From Kocuria sp. (GTDB taxonomy: Bacteria; Actinomycetota; Actinomycetes; Actinomycetales; Micrococcaceae), in assembly GCF_030530945.1 (NCBI RefSeq), contig NZ_JAUMTZ010000004.1, positions 10,693 through 74,692 on the forward strand: 64,000 nucleotides of DNA. The letters run 5' to 3'. Shown one piece after another: positions 54,458 through 64,000 of this stretch. A model generated the notes under the pieces. It searched no databases and was not told the DNA's origin. It was given only the letters and a program-made list of their open reading frames with translations. Positions within the stretch are counted from its first letter, which is position 1. Each line of letters begins with the position of its first letter. The translations under genes were made by a program, and so were the position numbers.

Positions 54458-54949
54458 TCAGTGCGTGTGCTCGGCGTGACGGAACGGCACGGGCATGACC
54501 CGTTCCTGGCGGGAGTAGGGCACCTCGTGGTGGTCCAGGAAGTCCTGCACGGTGTGGTCGTACTGCACCACCATCACCTGCGCCCCGTACTCGCTGTCCT
54601 CGTCGAAGAACTGCGCCTGCAGGTGCCGGTTGCCCAGGCTGTGCGCCACGAACGCCATCTCCACGATGGAGCGGGCCCCGATCACCAGAACGTCCGTGGG
54701 CAGCACCTGCACCACCACGGCGTTGCCGTCCTGCGGTCCACCCTCCACCGACAGCACGTCCCCGTCCCTCAGGTCCGGGGCACGGGCCGGCAACCGCAGG
54801 CCCAACTCGTGGCCGTGGTCGGTGGTGAGGCGCTGGATGCGCTTGACCAGCTCAGCGCTGGGCAGCACCACCTTCTCCACGTGCCGCCCGGCCACGAGCT
54901 CCGCTCCGGGAGCGTCATGGATGTTGCCCAGGATCTCGGTGACGATCAT
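54458..54949 (-). CDS. ureE: Urease accessory protein UreE (His-rich C-terminus)
   Basis: MIVTEILGNIH... with C-terminal HAEHTH. GGAAGGAG upstream of the ATG. Confidence 0.8.
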   Translation of the reverse strand: MIVTEILGNIHDAPGAELVAGRHVEKVVLPSAELVKRIQRLTTDHGHELGLRLPARAPDLRDGDVLSVEGGPQDGNAVVVQVLPTDVLVIGARSIVEMAFVAHSLGNRHLQAQFFDEDSEYGAQVMVVQYDHTVQDFLDHHEVPYSRQERVMPVPFRHAEHTH

Positions 54950-54975
54950 GGAACTCCTTCCGTCGGTCAGAGGGC

Positions 54976-56691
54976 TCAGAACAGGAAGTACCGCTGGGCG
55001 AGGGGCAGCTCCGTGCGGGGTTCGCACGTGACGGGCGTGCCGTCCACGCGCACCTCGTACGTCTCCGGGTCCACCCGCAGCTGCGGCGTCTCGCCGTTGA
55101 ACTTCATGTCCGCCTTGGTGAGGGAGCGGATGTCCCGGCACTCGCGGACCACCTTCTCCAGCCCGAGCGAGCGGGGCACCCCGGCCTGGATGGAGGCCTG
55201 GGACATGAACGTGATGGACGAGCGGGCCGCGGCCTTCCCGTACGCCCCGAACGCCTTGCGGTACCAGCGGGGCTGCGGCGTGGGGATGGACGCGTTCGGA
55301 TCACCCATGACCCCGTGGACCATCTGGCCGCCCTTGATGATCAGGTCCGGCTTCACCCCGAAGAACTTGGGCTCCCACAGCACGAGGTCCGCGAACTTGC
55401 CCTCCTCCACGGAGCCCACCGCGTGGGAGACGCCGTGCGCGATGGCGGGGTTGATCGTGTACTTGGAGATGTAGCGCTTGATGCGGTGGTTGTCCCCCAC
55501 CGAGCCCTCGTCCTCGGGCAGCTGGCCACGCTGGCGCTTCATGGAGTCCGCCACCTGCCACGTGCGCAGCACCACCTCGCCCACGCGGCCCATGGCCTGG
55601 GAGTCGGAGGATGTCATGGAGAAGATGCCCATGTCCTGCAGCACGTCCTCCGCCGCGATGGTCTCCTTGCGGATGCGCGAGTCCGCGAACGCCACGTCCT
55701 CCGGGATGTCCGGGTTGAGGTGGTGGCACACCATGAGCATGTCCAGGTGCTCCTCGATGGTGTTGCGCGTGTACGGCAGCGTGGGGTTGGTGGACGCCGG
55801 GAGGATGTTCGGGTCCTGGGCCAGCTCGATGATGTCCGGGGCGTGGCCGCCACCCGCTCCCTCCGTGTGGAACGTGTGGATCACCCGCCCCGCGATCGCC
55901 GCGCGGGTGTCCTCCACGAACCCCGCCTCGTTCAGGGTGTCCGTGTGGATGGCCACCTGCACGTCGTACTCGTCCGCCACCTGCAGGGACGTGTTGATGG
56001 ACGACGGCGTGGCACCCCAGTCCTCGTGGATCTTCAGCCCGATCGCACCCGCCCGGATCTGCTCCGCCATGGGGGAGATCGACGAGCCGTGGCCCTTGCC
56101 GAGGAGCCCGAAGTTCATGGGGAACTCCTCGAAGGAGCGCAGCATGTTGTGGATGTTCCACTCGCCCGGGGTGATGGTGGTGGCCTTGGAGGACTCGCTC
56201 GGCCCCGTGCCGCCGCCGATCATGGTGGTGATCCCGGAGACCAGGGCGGTCTCGATCTGGTCCGGGCTGATGAAGTGGATGTGGGAGTCGATCCCACCCG
56301 CCGTGAGGATCTTGCCCTCTCCGGCGATCACGTCCGTGGCCACGCCGATCACGATGTCCACCCCGTCCATCACATGGGGGTTCCCGGCCTTGCCGATCTT
56401 CTGGATGTGACCGTCCCGCACGGCGACGTCCGCCTTGTAGATGCCCGTCCAGTCGATGACCACCACGTTGGTGATCACCAGGTCCGGGACCCCCACGTCC
56501 CGCACCAGCTGCCCGTTCTGACCCATGCCGTCCCGGACCACCTTGCCACCGCCGAACACGGCCTCCTCGCCGGGCGTGGTGAGGTCCTTCTCCACACGCG
56601 CGAAGAGTTCCGTGTCCGCCAGGCGGATCGCGTCCCCGGTGGTGGGCCCGTACAGGCTCGCGTACTGGTCCCTGCTCATCTCAAAGCTCAT
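54976..56691 (-). CDS. ureC: Urease alpha subunit
   Basis: Full-length amidohydrolase with HxH Ni ligands (IDSHIHF), the carbamylated Lys region (LKIHEDWG) and MVCHHL. Confidence 0.95.
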   Translation of the reverse strand: MSFEMSRDQYASLYGPTTGDAIRLADTELFARVEKDLTTPGEEAVFGGGKVVRDGMGQNGQLVRDVGVPDLVITNVVVIDWTGIYKADVAVRDGHIQKIGKAGNPHVMDGVDIVIGVATDVIAGEGKILTAGGIDSHIHFISPDQIETALVSGITTMIGGGTGPSESSKATTITPGEWNIHNMLRSFEEFPMNFGLLGKGHGSSISPMAEQIRAGAIGLKIHEDWGATPSSINTSLQVADEYDVQVAIHTDTLNEAGFVEDTRAAIAGRVIHTFHTEGAGGGHAPDIIELAQDPNILPASTNPTLPYTRNTIEEHLDMLMVCHHLNPDIPEDVAFADSRIRKETIAAEDVLQDMGIFSMTSSDSQAMGRVGEVVLRTWQVADSMKRQRGQLPEDEGSVGDNHRIKRYISKYTINPAIAHGVSHAVGSVEEGKFADLVLWEPKFFGVKPDLIIKGGQMVHGVMGDPNASIPTPQPRWYRKAFGAYGKAAARSSITFMSQASIQAGVPRSLGLEKVVRECRDIRSLTKADMKFNGETPQLRVDPETYEVRVDGTPVTCEPRTELPLAQRYFLF

Positions 56692-56760
56692 GGTCGACCT
56701 TCTTGTTGTGCGTGTTCGGCGGGGTGGTCCACGTCATGCCGTCTCGTGGGCCGGGCGGGC

Positions 56761-57192
56761 TCAGCGGGTCTCGTTGGAGAAGCCTTCACGCTCCTGCAAC
56801 GGCTTCGGGGCGTCGCCCGCGGCCGAGCGGTGGCGCGAGGGGGTGACGGAGGCGGCGTCGTCGTCCAGGGACGCCGGCTCGTGGGCGTCGAGGGGACCGT
56901 CCATGAGGTCACGGAAGCCGTAGACCATCCGGTCCCCGCCCAGCGGGATCAGGCGCACCGTGGTGGAGTCCCCCGGTTCCAGTCGCACCGCCGTGCCGGC
57001 GGGGATGTCCAGGCGGTGGCCCACGGCCCGGTCACGGTCGAACTGCAGGGCCCTGTTGGCCTCCGCGAAGTGGAAGTGGGAGCCCACCTGCACGGGGCGG
57101 TCCCCGCGATTGAGGACCTCCATGGTGATGGCCTCACGGCCCTCGTTGCAGACGACGGGGGTCTCCGCCAGAACGTACTCTCCGGGTGTCAT
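56761..57192 (-). CDS. ureB: Urease beta subunit with about 40-aa acidic/Pro-rich C-terminal extension
   Basis: MTPGEYVLAETPVVCNEGREAITMEVLNRGDRPVQVGSHFHFAEAN matches UreB. Confidence 0.85.
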   Translation of the reverse strand: MTPGEYVLAETPVVCNEGREAITMEVLNRGDRPVQVGSHFHFAEANRALQFDRDRAVGHRLDIPAGTAVRLEPGDSTTVRLIPLGGDRMVYGFRDLMDGPLDAHEPASLDDDAASVTPSRHRSAAGDAPKPLQEREGFSNETR

Positions 57193-57211
57193 GGCTGCTC
57201 CTCGGGTGGTG

Positions 57212-57514
57212 TCAGCGGATGGGGTCGTGGACGGTCACGAGCTTGGTGCCATCCGGGAACGTGGCTTCCACCTGGACGTCCGGAACCATCTCCGGGACGC
57301 CCTCCATGACGTCGTCACGGGTGAGGATGGTGCTCCCCCAGCTCATGAGGTCCGCCACGGTCCGCCCGTCCCGGGCGCCCTCGAGAAGCTCGTAGGTGAT
57401 GACCGCGATGGCCTCCGGGTAGTTCAGCTTCAGTCCCCGCGCCTGGCGCCTTCGCGCCAGGTCCGCGGCGACCACCACCAGGAGCTTCTCCTGGTCCTTG
57501 GGCTGCAGGTGCAT
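57212..57514 (-). CDS. ureA: Urease gamma subunit
   Basis: [40 protein letters not shown] matches UreA. Confidence 0.9.
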   Translation of the reverse strand: MHLQPKDQEKLLVVVAADLARRRQARGLKLNYPEAIAVITYELLEGARDGRTVADLMSWGSTILTRDDVMEGVPEMVPDVQVEATFPDGTKLVTVHDPIR

Positions 57515-57647
57515 GCGTGGTCCCTCCCGGCTGGTTCACTCGTTCTGTCGCTGGGGCGGAGCGGCTGCCCCGCGGTACGCGAATGTCGTTAGGTTACCTC
57601 TGCATCCTGGGTGACCTGGGGTGATGCCCCGGATGGAGGGCGCCATC

Positions 57648-59063
57648 TCACAGCACCCTTCCAGCGGAGAGGGTTCCTCCCGCTCCACAGGAACCCTCGT
57701 CCGGTTCAATGCCGTGGAACTCGACGGGGCGACCTCGCCTGTCGTAGGTGAGCGCGGTGCTGATCCGCAGGCTGCAACCGGGTCCGAGTGGGATGAGGCG
57801 AGGCCGTCCGCTTCCCCCGCCGGTGCGCTCCCCCACCACTGTCACGTGCTCGAGGCCCTTCAACCCCACCAGGAAGTCCTCAGCGGCGCTGTAGGTGGAC
57901 GCATCCACCATGACGGTCAAGATCCCTGGCCACCGCCCGCTCTCGGAGGGATCGGCCCAGCGGGGCCGCGGTTCCGACAGGCCACCACGGCCGTCCGTGA
58001 ACGCCGCACTGCCCACCCAGGTCCTGGCACGCAGGAACCGGTCCCGCAGCCGCCCCGCCAGCATGATGTCTCCCCCCACGTTGCCGCGCAGGTCGAGCAC
58101 CATGCGGTCGGAGGCAGTGGCGGCGGCCGCAGCTGCGTCAAAGACTGATTCGACGTCCGCAGAGGGGTCGAAAGCCCGCAGCACGATGTGAACCTCCCCT
58201 GACCGGGAGCGCTCCAGCCTGACGATGTCGTCCCGGGAGTGCCGGCCTGCTTCTTCGGTCCACGTCACCGAACGCGAAGAACGGGGATCTCTCGCGGTGA
58301 AGCGGCGCTGGGTTCCCTGGATTGCCATGGCACGACGAGCAGCCATTCTTCCGTGCTGCTGGGGCGACGCCCCAACCGCGGCCAACCACGCCGCGGGGTC
58401 CCCGACGTCCACGATCCATCCAGGTCGAACACCAGCGGCGAACGCCGCCGACTCTTCGGGAACGCGGATCATCACGGCCCCGCGTTCGAGGAGTTCAGCT
58501 GTGTAGGGAGGATGGAATTCTGCCGACCGGTGGTCGATGACCGCGGTGTGCGCATCCCCCAGCTGTGCAACCCACCGCGTGGCCCAGGGGATGAACTGGT
58601 CCCACGTGCGGGGCCGGTCCTGCAGCGCCCCCGCACAGATGTCGTCCCACCTCAGACCGCGCAGCGTGAAGTACGGGTAAGTGGTCGCGCACTCGGTGCG
58701 GATGAGCTCGATCGCCTCGTCGATGGTGGACGGAGGGGCCGCAGAGACCTGCGTCCCGGGTGAATGGGCGAGAGTCTGCAGCAGACTCAACGTGGCCATG
58801 ACTCCCTGGCCATCGGCAGCCCGACTGACGAGAACGCCTCGCTCGGCGTTCCACTCCAGGGAAGGTGCCTCCCCCGGGTCTGCGCGCTCGACGACCCACC
58901 GGCAGCAGGTGCCGGCCGGCTCCGAGAACACCACGGGAACACCCAGAACAGCCTCGAACTCGTGGCGTTCCTGCGCCAGCAGCGACAGGACGTCCGGGCC
59001 CAGCCAGTCGACGGGGAAGTCGATGTGGAAGAGGCCGTCGGGCGCGATGCCGCTCAGAGTCAT
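57648..59063 (-). CDS. S41 family (C-terminal processing/tail-specific-like) peptidase
   Basis: LDLRGNVGGD and VMVDASTYSAAEDFLVGLKGLEHVTVVGERTGGGSG motifs. ATG at 59063 (MTLSGIAP...). Confidence 0.65.
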   Translation of the reverse strand: MTLSGIAPDGLFHIDFPVDWLGPDVLSLLAQERHEFEAVLGVPVVFSEPAGTCCRWVVERADPGEAPSLEWNAERGVLVSRAADGQGVMATLSLLQTLAHSPGTQVSAAPPSTIDEAIELIRTECATTYPYFTLRGLRWDDICAGALQDRPRTWDQFIPWATRWVAQLGDAHTAVIDHRSAEFHPPYTAELLERGAVMIRVPEESAAFAAGVRPGWIVDVGDPAAWLAAVGASPQQHGRMAARRAMAIQGTQRRFTARDPRSSRSVTWTEEAGRHSRDDIVRLERSRSGEVHIVLRAFDPSADVESVFDAAAAAATASDRMVLDLRGNVGGDIMLAGRLRDRFLRARTWVGSAAFTDGRGGLSEPRPRWADPSESGRWPGILTVMVDASTYSAAEDFLVGLKGLEHVTVVGERTGGGSGRPRLIPLGPGCSLRISTALTYDRRGRPVEFHGIEPDEGSCGAGGTLSAGRVL

Positions 59064-59208
59064 GTGACCATGATGCCGTCCCTCATCCGCGGTGCGTCTG
59101 CAGTGCCTCCGGGGCCGCGCCACCAGGCCGGATGACCGCCTGCGGGGCAGCCGCCGCACCCGTCCCCGCACGGGTGGGCGCAGCGGCGGCGTCGTCGTTC
59201 CCGCCCGG

Positions 59209-60735
59209 TCAGCCCCGCGCGCGACGCACGCGGCGGTCCGCCCGCAGCACGCGGGCCAGGACCAGGGCAACCACGGTGACCAGAATGCCGCCGCACAGCG
59301 ATGTCCACTGCATCCCGGAGGAGAAGGCGGACGTGGCGGCGTCGACGATGGCGGAGCCGAGGGGCGAGCTCGCGGCGACGTCGAAGGCGCCGCCCAGGGT
59401 TTCCCGCGCGGCCTGGGCGGCGCCCGGGGCCACGCCGGCCGGCAGGTCCAGGTGTGCCTGGTAGAAGGCGGTGGTGAGTCCGCCCAGCACGGCGGTGCCC
59501 AGCACGGCGCCCACCTCGTACCCGGTCTCGGACGAGGCGGACGCCGCCCCGGCCTTCGCCTCCGGCACGGAGGAGACCACCAGGTCCGTGGAGAGCGTGG
59601 TGGCCAGGCCGGTGCCCGCGCTCATGATGGTGAAGCCCACGAGCACCGGCACGGCGGAGGCCCGCTGGTCCGTGAAGGCGACCACGAAGAACCCGGCCGC
59701 CACCAGCACCAGACCCAGGACCACCGCGGTGCGCACCCCCAGCAGCCGCGCGATCCGTTCCGCGCCGAGCCCCGCCAGGATGGACAGCAAGAGACCCGGG
59801 ACCATGAGCAGCCCGGACGTCATGGGGTCCTTCCCGCTGACCAGCTGCAGGTGCTGGGTGAAGAAGAACAGGAAGCCGAACAGCGCCACGTTGGACGTGG
59901 TGTTCACCGCAAGCCCGCCCGAGAAGCGGGGGCTGCGGAAGAACCGCAGGTCCAGCATGGGGTAGTCCTTGGCCACCTGGCGGCGCGCGAAGAGCACACC
60001 GCAGAGCACACCCACGGCGATGAACACGAGGCTCTCCACGGGGGAGCCGCTCGTGGCCAGTGTCTTGATCCCGTAGACCACGGGGGCCATGGTCAGCACG
60101 GCCAGCACGATGGACGCCGGGTCCACGGGCCCGGGGTGCGGGTCCCTGGACTCGGGCAGCACCAGCGGCGCGGCGACCAGGAAGGCGAGCAGCACGGGGA
60201 CGGCCAGCAGGAACACGGACCCCCACCAGAAGTGGTTCAGCAGGAACCCGCCCGCGATGGGTCCGAGGGCCGCTCCGGCGCTGAATCCGGCGGTCCAGAT
60301 GGCGATGGCCAGGCTGCGCTGGGCGTCGTCGCGGAACACGGTGCGCAGCAGGGAGAGCGTGGTGGGCAGCAGCATGGAGCCGAACACGGCGATCCCCACG
60401 CGGGCGGCGAGCAGCCACTCGGCGGTGGGGGCGAACGCGGCGCCCAGGGAGATCAGGCCGAATCCGGAGGAGCCGATGAGCAGCATCCTCCGCCGCCCGA
60501 TCCGGTCCCCCAGGGTGCCCATGGGGATCAGCAGTGCCGCGAGCACCAGCGGGTACACGTCCACGATCCACAGCAGCTGCGCCGCGGTGGGCTGCAGTCC
60601 CTGGGAGATGGCGGGCAGGGCGAAGCTCAGGGCGGTGTTGTTCACGGTGACCAGCAGCACCGGGAGCATGAGCGCCCCCAGCGCGGTCCACTCGCGGGCA
60701 CCTGCCCTGGGCTGCTGCTGGCGCGCGACGGACAC
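59209..60735 (-). CDS. MFS transporter, DHA2 (14-TMS drug:H+ antiporter) family
   Basis: 14 predicted TMs. Motif A region GTLGDRIGRRRMLLIG. GTG at 60735 with AGGAGG upstream. Confidence 0.8.
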   Translation of the reverse strand: MSVARQQQPRAGAREWTALGALMLPVLLVTVNNTALSFALPAISQGLQPTAAQLLWIVDVYPLVLAALLIPMGTLGDRIGRRRMLLIGSSGFGLISLGAAFAPTAEWLLAARVGIAVFGSMLLPTTLSLLRTVFRDDAQRSLAIAIWTAGFSAGAALGPIAGGFLLNHFWWGSVFLLAVPVLLAFLVAAPLVLPESRDPHPGPVDPASIVLAVLTMAPVVYGIKTLATSGSPVESLVFIAVGVLCGVLFARRQVAKDYPMLDLRFFRSPRFSGGLAVNTTSNVALFGFLFFFTQHLQLVSGKDPMTSGLLMVPGLLLSILAGLGAERIARLLGVRTAVVLGLVLVAAGFFVVAFTDQRASAVPVLVGFTIMSAGTGLATTLSTDLVVSSVPEAKAGAASASSETGYEVGAVLGTAVLGGLTTAFYQAHLDLPAGVAPGAAQAARETLGGAFDVAASSPLGSAIVDAATSAFSSGMQWTSLCGGILVTVVALVLARVLRADRRVRRARG

Positions 60736-60782
60736 GGGGAACCTCCTGGGATGAGAGCTGCGGATGAGCGGTGACGCGAGCC

Positions 60783-60844
60783 GTACACCGTTGTACCGAG
60801 CCCCCGGGAGGGGCGCCTCGTCAGTCTTTACCGTCCAGACGGTA
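60783..60844. promoter_or_regulatory. Two palindromes, GTACA-ccgt-TGTAC (60783-60796) and TACCGTC-CA-GACGGTA (60829-60844), in the divergent MFS/tetR promoter; candidate TetR operators
   Basis: Seen directly. The second is a 16-bp 7+2+7 palindrome 58 nt upstream of the tetR ATG. Confidence 0.45.
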
Positions 60845-60901
60845 CAGTTAACGGCGCCCGCTCCGCAATCATTCCCGTCACCGGTGAGGACCACCCGCCC
60901 C

Positions 60902-61456
60902 ATGCCCCGCAAACCCGAAGCCCGCGACAAGCTCCTGACCGCCTTCGAGCACCTGGTTCTCACCGAGGGCGAGCGCGCCGCCACCCTGGATGCCGTGGCC
61001 GCCCAGGCGGGGGTCTCCAAGGGGGGCCTGCTCTACCACTTCCCCCACCGCCGGGCGCTGGTGGACGCCGTCCTGGCTCGCTGCGAGGAACTGGCCGGGG
61101 AGGACCTGGTGCGCCTGACGGCGTCGCCCCGGGGCGCGGCCCGCGAGTTCCTGGTGACGTCCCTCTGGGAGGACAGTCCCCTGGACCGCAGCCTGGGGGT
61201 GGCCTTCCGCCTGGTCCAGGCGCGCGAGCCCGGCGCGCGGGAGACCTGCGAGCGCGTCTCGAGCGCATGGTACCGGGCGGTGCTCGCGGACGTGGGGGAC
61301 CCGGTGGTGGCCACCGCCGTCCAGGCCATGGGGGACGGCCTCTACCAGCAGGCGGCCATGGGCCTGCTCCCCGAGGAGGACGCCGAGAAGCGCGCCGTTC
61401 TCGACCACCTCCTGGAGGCGCTGGAGCGCCTCACGCGGGTGGCCCCCGCGCAGTAG
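60902..61456 (+). CDS. TetR/AcrR family transcriptional regulator
   Basis: LDAVAAQAGVSKGGLLYHFPHRRAL is the TetR_N HTH. Confidence 0.75.
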   Translation: MPRKPEARDKLLTAFEHLVLTEGERAATLDAVAAQAGVSKGGLLYHFPHRRALVDAVLARCEELAGEDLVRLTASPRGAAREFLVTSLWEDSPLDRSLGVAFRLVQAREPGARETCERVSSAWYRAVLADVGDPVVATAVQAMGDGLYQQAAMGLLPEEDAEKRAVLDHLLEALERLTRVAPAQ

Positions 61457-61537
61457 TCGGCCTGCCGGCGGGCGACGACGCCGCGCGGTCCGCTCCGCGC
61501 CGCACCGCGCCGTCCGTCGGATTCCGGGGCGGCAAAA

Positions 61538-61573
61538 GGGGGGGCGTGGCCGCCCGTCCGCGGCCACGCCCCC
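61538..61573. terminator. 13-bp-stem hairpin (GGGGCGTGGCCGC-ccgtcc-GCGGCCACGCCCC) between the convergent tetR and ABC permease genes
   Basis: Seen directly; preceded by AAAA. Confidence 0.5.
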
Positions 61574-61590
61574 GGTTCGGTCGGACCGGG

Positions 61591-63813
61591 TCAGTCCGCC
61601 CGGGCCATGCCTTCCACCGGGCTGAGCCGGGTGGCCCTTCGCACCGGCAGGGCGGAGGCGAGCACCGCCACGACCACGGCTCCGGCGAGGATCATCAGGA
61701 ACCCCTGCCAGGGCACCACCGGGCGCAGGGTGACCGCTTCCGGCAGCACGGCCATCATGCCGAGCATCCCGAAGGCCCAGCCCACCACGAGACCCACCAG
61801 CGTGGCCACCAGGGCGATCACCAGGGTCTCCCTGCGGATCAGTGCGCCCAGCTGCCGTTTGGAGAGCCCGAGCGCGCGGAGCAGGGAGTTCTCCCGGGAG
61901 CGCTCCAGCACGGACAGCGAGGTGGTGGACGCGATGCCCAGGACGGAGACCACCACGGCTGCGGCGAGCAGTCCGAGGACCACGGAGAGCATGGTGTCCA
62001 GGATGCTCACGTACTCGGCCTTCTCCAGCAGCGCCCCGCCCAGCTGGCTGGGTTCCACGTGGAGCACGTCCGCCACCTGGCGCTGGAGATCGGAGGCGCG
62101 GGACGAGTCCAGGTACTGGGCGGCGTCGACCGCGGCGGTGGAACCGGCAGGCAGGTTCCCGTCCGTCTGCACACCCAGCACGCCGGGGATCTTCTCCAGC
62201 TGGGTGACCTGCTCCTGGCTCAGGTGCCCGGCCGCCGCGGGCACGGAGATGTCCACGGGGTCCCTCTGGTCCAGCTCGTCGAGCAGGTTCACGCGGGCCA
62301 CCTGCTGGCCCGTGAGCACCGTGGCCACGAGCAGCACGCCGATCAGCAGGGCGGTGGCCGTGGTGCTCGTGCGCGCGGGGTAGCGGGCGGCGTTCGCGGC
62401 GGCCAGGCGGGAGGGAACCCCTCCGGGCAGGAGCCTGCCTGCGCCGCGCACCAGGGCGGGGATGTAGGCGCGGGAGGTGAGGACCACGCCCAGGAAGGAC
62501 GCCAGTCCGCCCACGATGCCCAGCCCTGCGCTGTGCTTGACGGCGGCGTAGACCAGGACCCCCGCCCCGGCCAGCAGGACCAGGGCGCCGAGCACGGTGC
62601 GCACCACGGGCAGCCCGTCCGCCGCCCGCGAGCCGCGCAGCCCGTCCAGCGCGGAGGCGCCGCGCGCCCGGCGAGCCGGACCCAGGGAGGCCAGCACCGT
62701 GAGCAGGATCCCGCCCACCAGCCCCACGAGGACGTCCCGGGGAGCGAGCGTGAGAGTCAGCGAGCCCGTGGCGGACAGGCCACGGGCCAGCGCCACGAGA
62801 CCGGCGACCGCGGCCACGCCCAGCACGGAGGACACCGCGCCCAGCACCAGGCCCTCGAGCAGCACCGCGCGGCGCAGCTGGGAGCCGGTGGCCCCCACGC
62901 AGCGCAGCAGCGCGAGCTCCCGGGCCCGCTGCGCGGTGAGCACCGACAGCGTGTTGGTGACCACGAGCAGCGCCACCAGCATGGAGAGCCCCGCGAACGC
63001 CCCGAGGACGAGGGCGATCACGTCCATGCCCTGGGACATCTGCTGGAGCGCGGCGTCCGAGATCTCCTCCGGGGTCCGCACCGTGACGGCCGGTTGACCG
63101 CCCGTGCCCGTTCCCAGGATCCGGTTGACCTCACCAGCCAGGTGCTGGCGCTGGTCCTGGTCCAGCGTGCCGTCCGTTCGCAGCAGGATTCCCGAGCTCA
63201 TGCCCTGCCCGGCCACGTCTGCTCCCGGCATGCGGGCCAGCCCCTGGGAGGAGGCGTACCACTCGGGCAACCCCGCTCCGGAGTCGTCCGGTGCGACCAG
63301 CCCGCTCACGGTGTACTCCGCGGTGGACCCGCCCTCGGCCATGGCCTCCTGCAGCGTCACGGTGTCCCCGATGCCCACGTGCAGCTCCTCGGCGGTCGTC
63401 TCGGACACCGCCACCTGCCGGGCGGATTCCGGGAACGCCCCCCGGGTGAGCTCCCTGGGGAGCAGGGACGTGTCGGCGGGAAGATCGCCCATCCGCCAGG
63501 CGGTCGACCCCGAGGTGGGCGTGGCCACCAGCTTGAGACCGGGAGCCCACGCGCTCGCCACGCCGTCCAGCGCCTCGATCCGCTGCACCTGCTGAGCGCT
63601 GACGGGAGCCATGGGCTGCCCGGTGTCCGAGCTGGTCACGGCGGCGTCGGCGTTCCTGTACGGCGCGGCCAGATTGGTGGCCAGGCTCGCGGAGAGCGTG
63701 CTGGCCAGACCCAGTGCCGCGGTCATGAACGCGGCGCACACGGCCACGCACACCACCACCAGTGCGTAGCGGCTCCACTGGCGCGTCAGTCGGGAGCAGA
63801 CCACCCGCAGCAT
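61591..63813 (-). CDS. ABC transporter permease with two FtsX-like 4-TM modules and large extracytoplasmic loops (MacB/DevC-like)
   Basis: Duplicated FtsX architecture. Start ATG overlaps the stop of the upstream ATPase gene. Confidence 0.8.
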   Translation of the reverse strand: MLRVVCSRLTRQWSRYALVVVCVAVCAAFMTAALGLASTLSASLATNLAAPYRNADAAVTSSDTGQPMAPVSAQQVQRIEALDGVASAWAPGLKLVATPTSGSTAWRMGDLPADTSLLPRELTRGAFPESARQVAVSETTAEELHVGIGDTVTLQEAMAEGGSTAEYTVSGLVAPDDSGAGLPEWYASSQGLARMPGADVAGQGMSSGILLRTDGTLDQDQRQHLAGEVNRILGTGTGGQPAVTVRTPEEISDAALQQMSQGMDVIALVLGAFAGLSMLVALLVVTNTLSVLTAQRARELALLRCVGATGSQLRRAVLLEGLVLGAVSSVLGVAAVAGLVALARGLSATGSLTLTLAPRDVLVGLVGGILLTVLASLGPARRARGASALDGLRGSRAADGLPVVRTVLGALVLLAGAGVLVYAAVKHSAGLGIVGGLASFLGVVLTSRAYIPALVRGAGRLLPGGVPSRLAAANAARYPARTSTTATALLIGVLLVATVLTGQQVARVNLLDELDQRDPVDISVPAAAGHLSQEQVTQLEKIPGVLGVQTDGNLPAGSTAAVDAAQYLDSSRASDLQRQVADVLHVEPSQLGGALLEKAEYVSILDTMLSVVLGLLAAAVVVSVLGIASTTSLSVLERSRENSLLRALGLSKRQLGALIRRETLVIALVATLVGLVVGWAFGMLGMMAVLPEAVTLRPVVPWQGFLMILAGAVVVAVLASALPVRRATRLSPVEGMARAD

Positions 63814-64000
63814 CAGCGCACACCGCCCCGGGCGTCGTCGGAGACGATCTCCCCGTCCTTCACGCGCAGCACGCGGTCCGCGGCCTCGGCCACCGTGGGG
63901 TCGTGGGTGACCACCACGACGGTCTGGCCCAGTTCGTCCACGCAGCGGCGCAGCAGGGCCAGGACCTCGTCCGACGTCGCGGAGTCCAGCGCGCCCGTGG
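63813..64000 (-). CDS. ABC transporter ATP-binding protein; only the C-terminal 60 aa lie in the window
   Basis: Reverse complement reads ...[61 protein letters not shown], covering the D-loop/H-loop region of ABC ATPases. Confidence 0.7.
   Translation of the reverse strand, partial: TGALDSATSDEVLALLRRCVDELGQTVVVVTHDPTVAEAADRVLRVKDGEIVSDDARGGVR

Noticed and set aside
1-64000. Mobile elements, prophage, CRISPR, restriction-modification or toxin-antitoxin systems
   Set aside because: - No transposase, integrase, recombinase, Cas, methyltransferase/endonuclease or obvious TA pair was found in any frame.
- No GC-content discontinuity noticed by eye.

Overview
High-GC (about 70% by eye) actinobacterial chromosomal DNA, densely packed with about 57 protein-coding genes on both strands. 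Pro/Ala/Gly-rich low-complexity protein tails and the gene content suggest Micrococcaceae (Micrococcus/Kocuria-like). I saw no rRNA, tRNA, CRISPR array, transposase, integrase or phage gene. Many long ORFs in the six-frame track are antisense or off-frame high-GC artifacts. The ORF track translates GTG/TTG starts as M, so some starts are GTG. All start codons are my estimates from RBS, overlap and homology reasoning and may be off by a few codons.

Gene content from 5' to 3':
- A partial luciferase-like (LLM) flavin oxidoreductase running off the window start.
- An operon of pxpA (LamB/YcsF), a fused KipI-KipA (PxpB-PxpC/AHS1-AHS2) gene, a biotin carboxylase+BCCP gene and a GntR regulator, with a convergent NRAMP-like YcsG transporter.
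- DUF4870 and YhgE/Pip membrane proteins, with a divergent TetR.
- Kup K+ transporter; a CPBP protease; an NmrA-like NAD(P)-binding domain fused to a complete TspO/MBR domain.
- An Lrp/AsnC (BkdR-like) regulator divergent from a 2-oxoacid dehydrogenase E1alpha/E1beta/E2 operon.
- A degenerate polyprenyl-synthase-like protein; LysE exporter; a nitroreductase-family protein.
- An arginine-transaminase-type catabolic cluster: ureohydrolase (guanidinobutyrase/agmatinase family), PLP aminotransferase, small TM protein, MarR, and divergently an SSF symporter plus a TPP-dependent decarboxylase-like enzyme.
- DUF4190 small membrane protein; sugar ABC importer (SBP + 2 permeases, no ATPase); alpha/beta hydrolase directly upstream of lysX (MprF-LysRS fusion).
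- hchA (glyoxalase III/Hsp31) with an upstream MarR.
- HisKA_3 histidine kinase, LuxR response regulator and a DUF4097-like protein.
- MFS transporter; CYP152-family P450 peroxygenase (HRCPGE motif); M23 peptidase with a long disordered tail; DinB-like protein; succinate-semialdehyde-type aldehyde dehydrogenase.
- Urea transporter, NiCoT nickel transporter and a complete urease operon (ureABC-EFGD); S41 peptidase.
- DHA2 MFS pump with a divergent TetR and palindromic operators; FtsX-type ABC permease plus a partial ABC ATPase.

I also mark several strong GC-rich hairpins between convergent genes as putative bidirectional terminators, palindromic operator candidates, and two short repeats.

Most interesting candidates:
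- The KipI/KipA + biotin carboxylase/BCCP + LamB cluster, a possible split biotin-dependent carboxylase of unknown substrate.
- The NmrA-TspO fusion.
- The motif-less polyprenyl-synthase homolog.
- The aru/gbu-like arginine catabolic cluster, whose TPP gene apparently reads 250 nt into a convergent gene.
- The 44-nt perfect palindrome between lysX and hchA.
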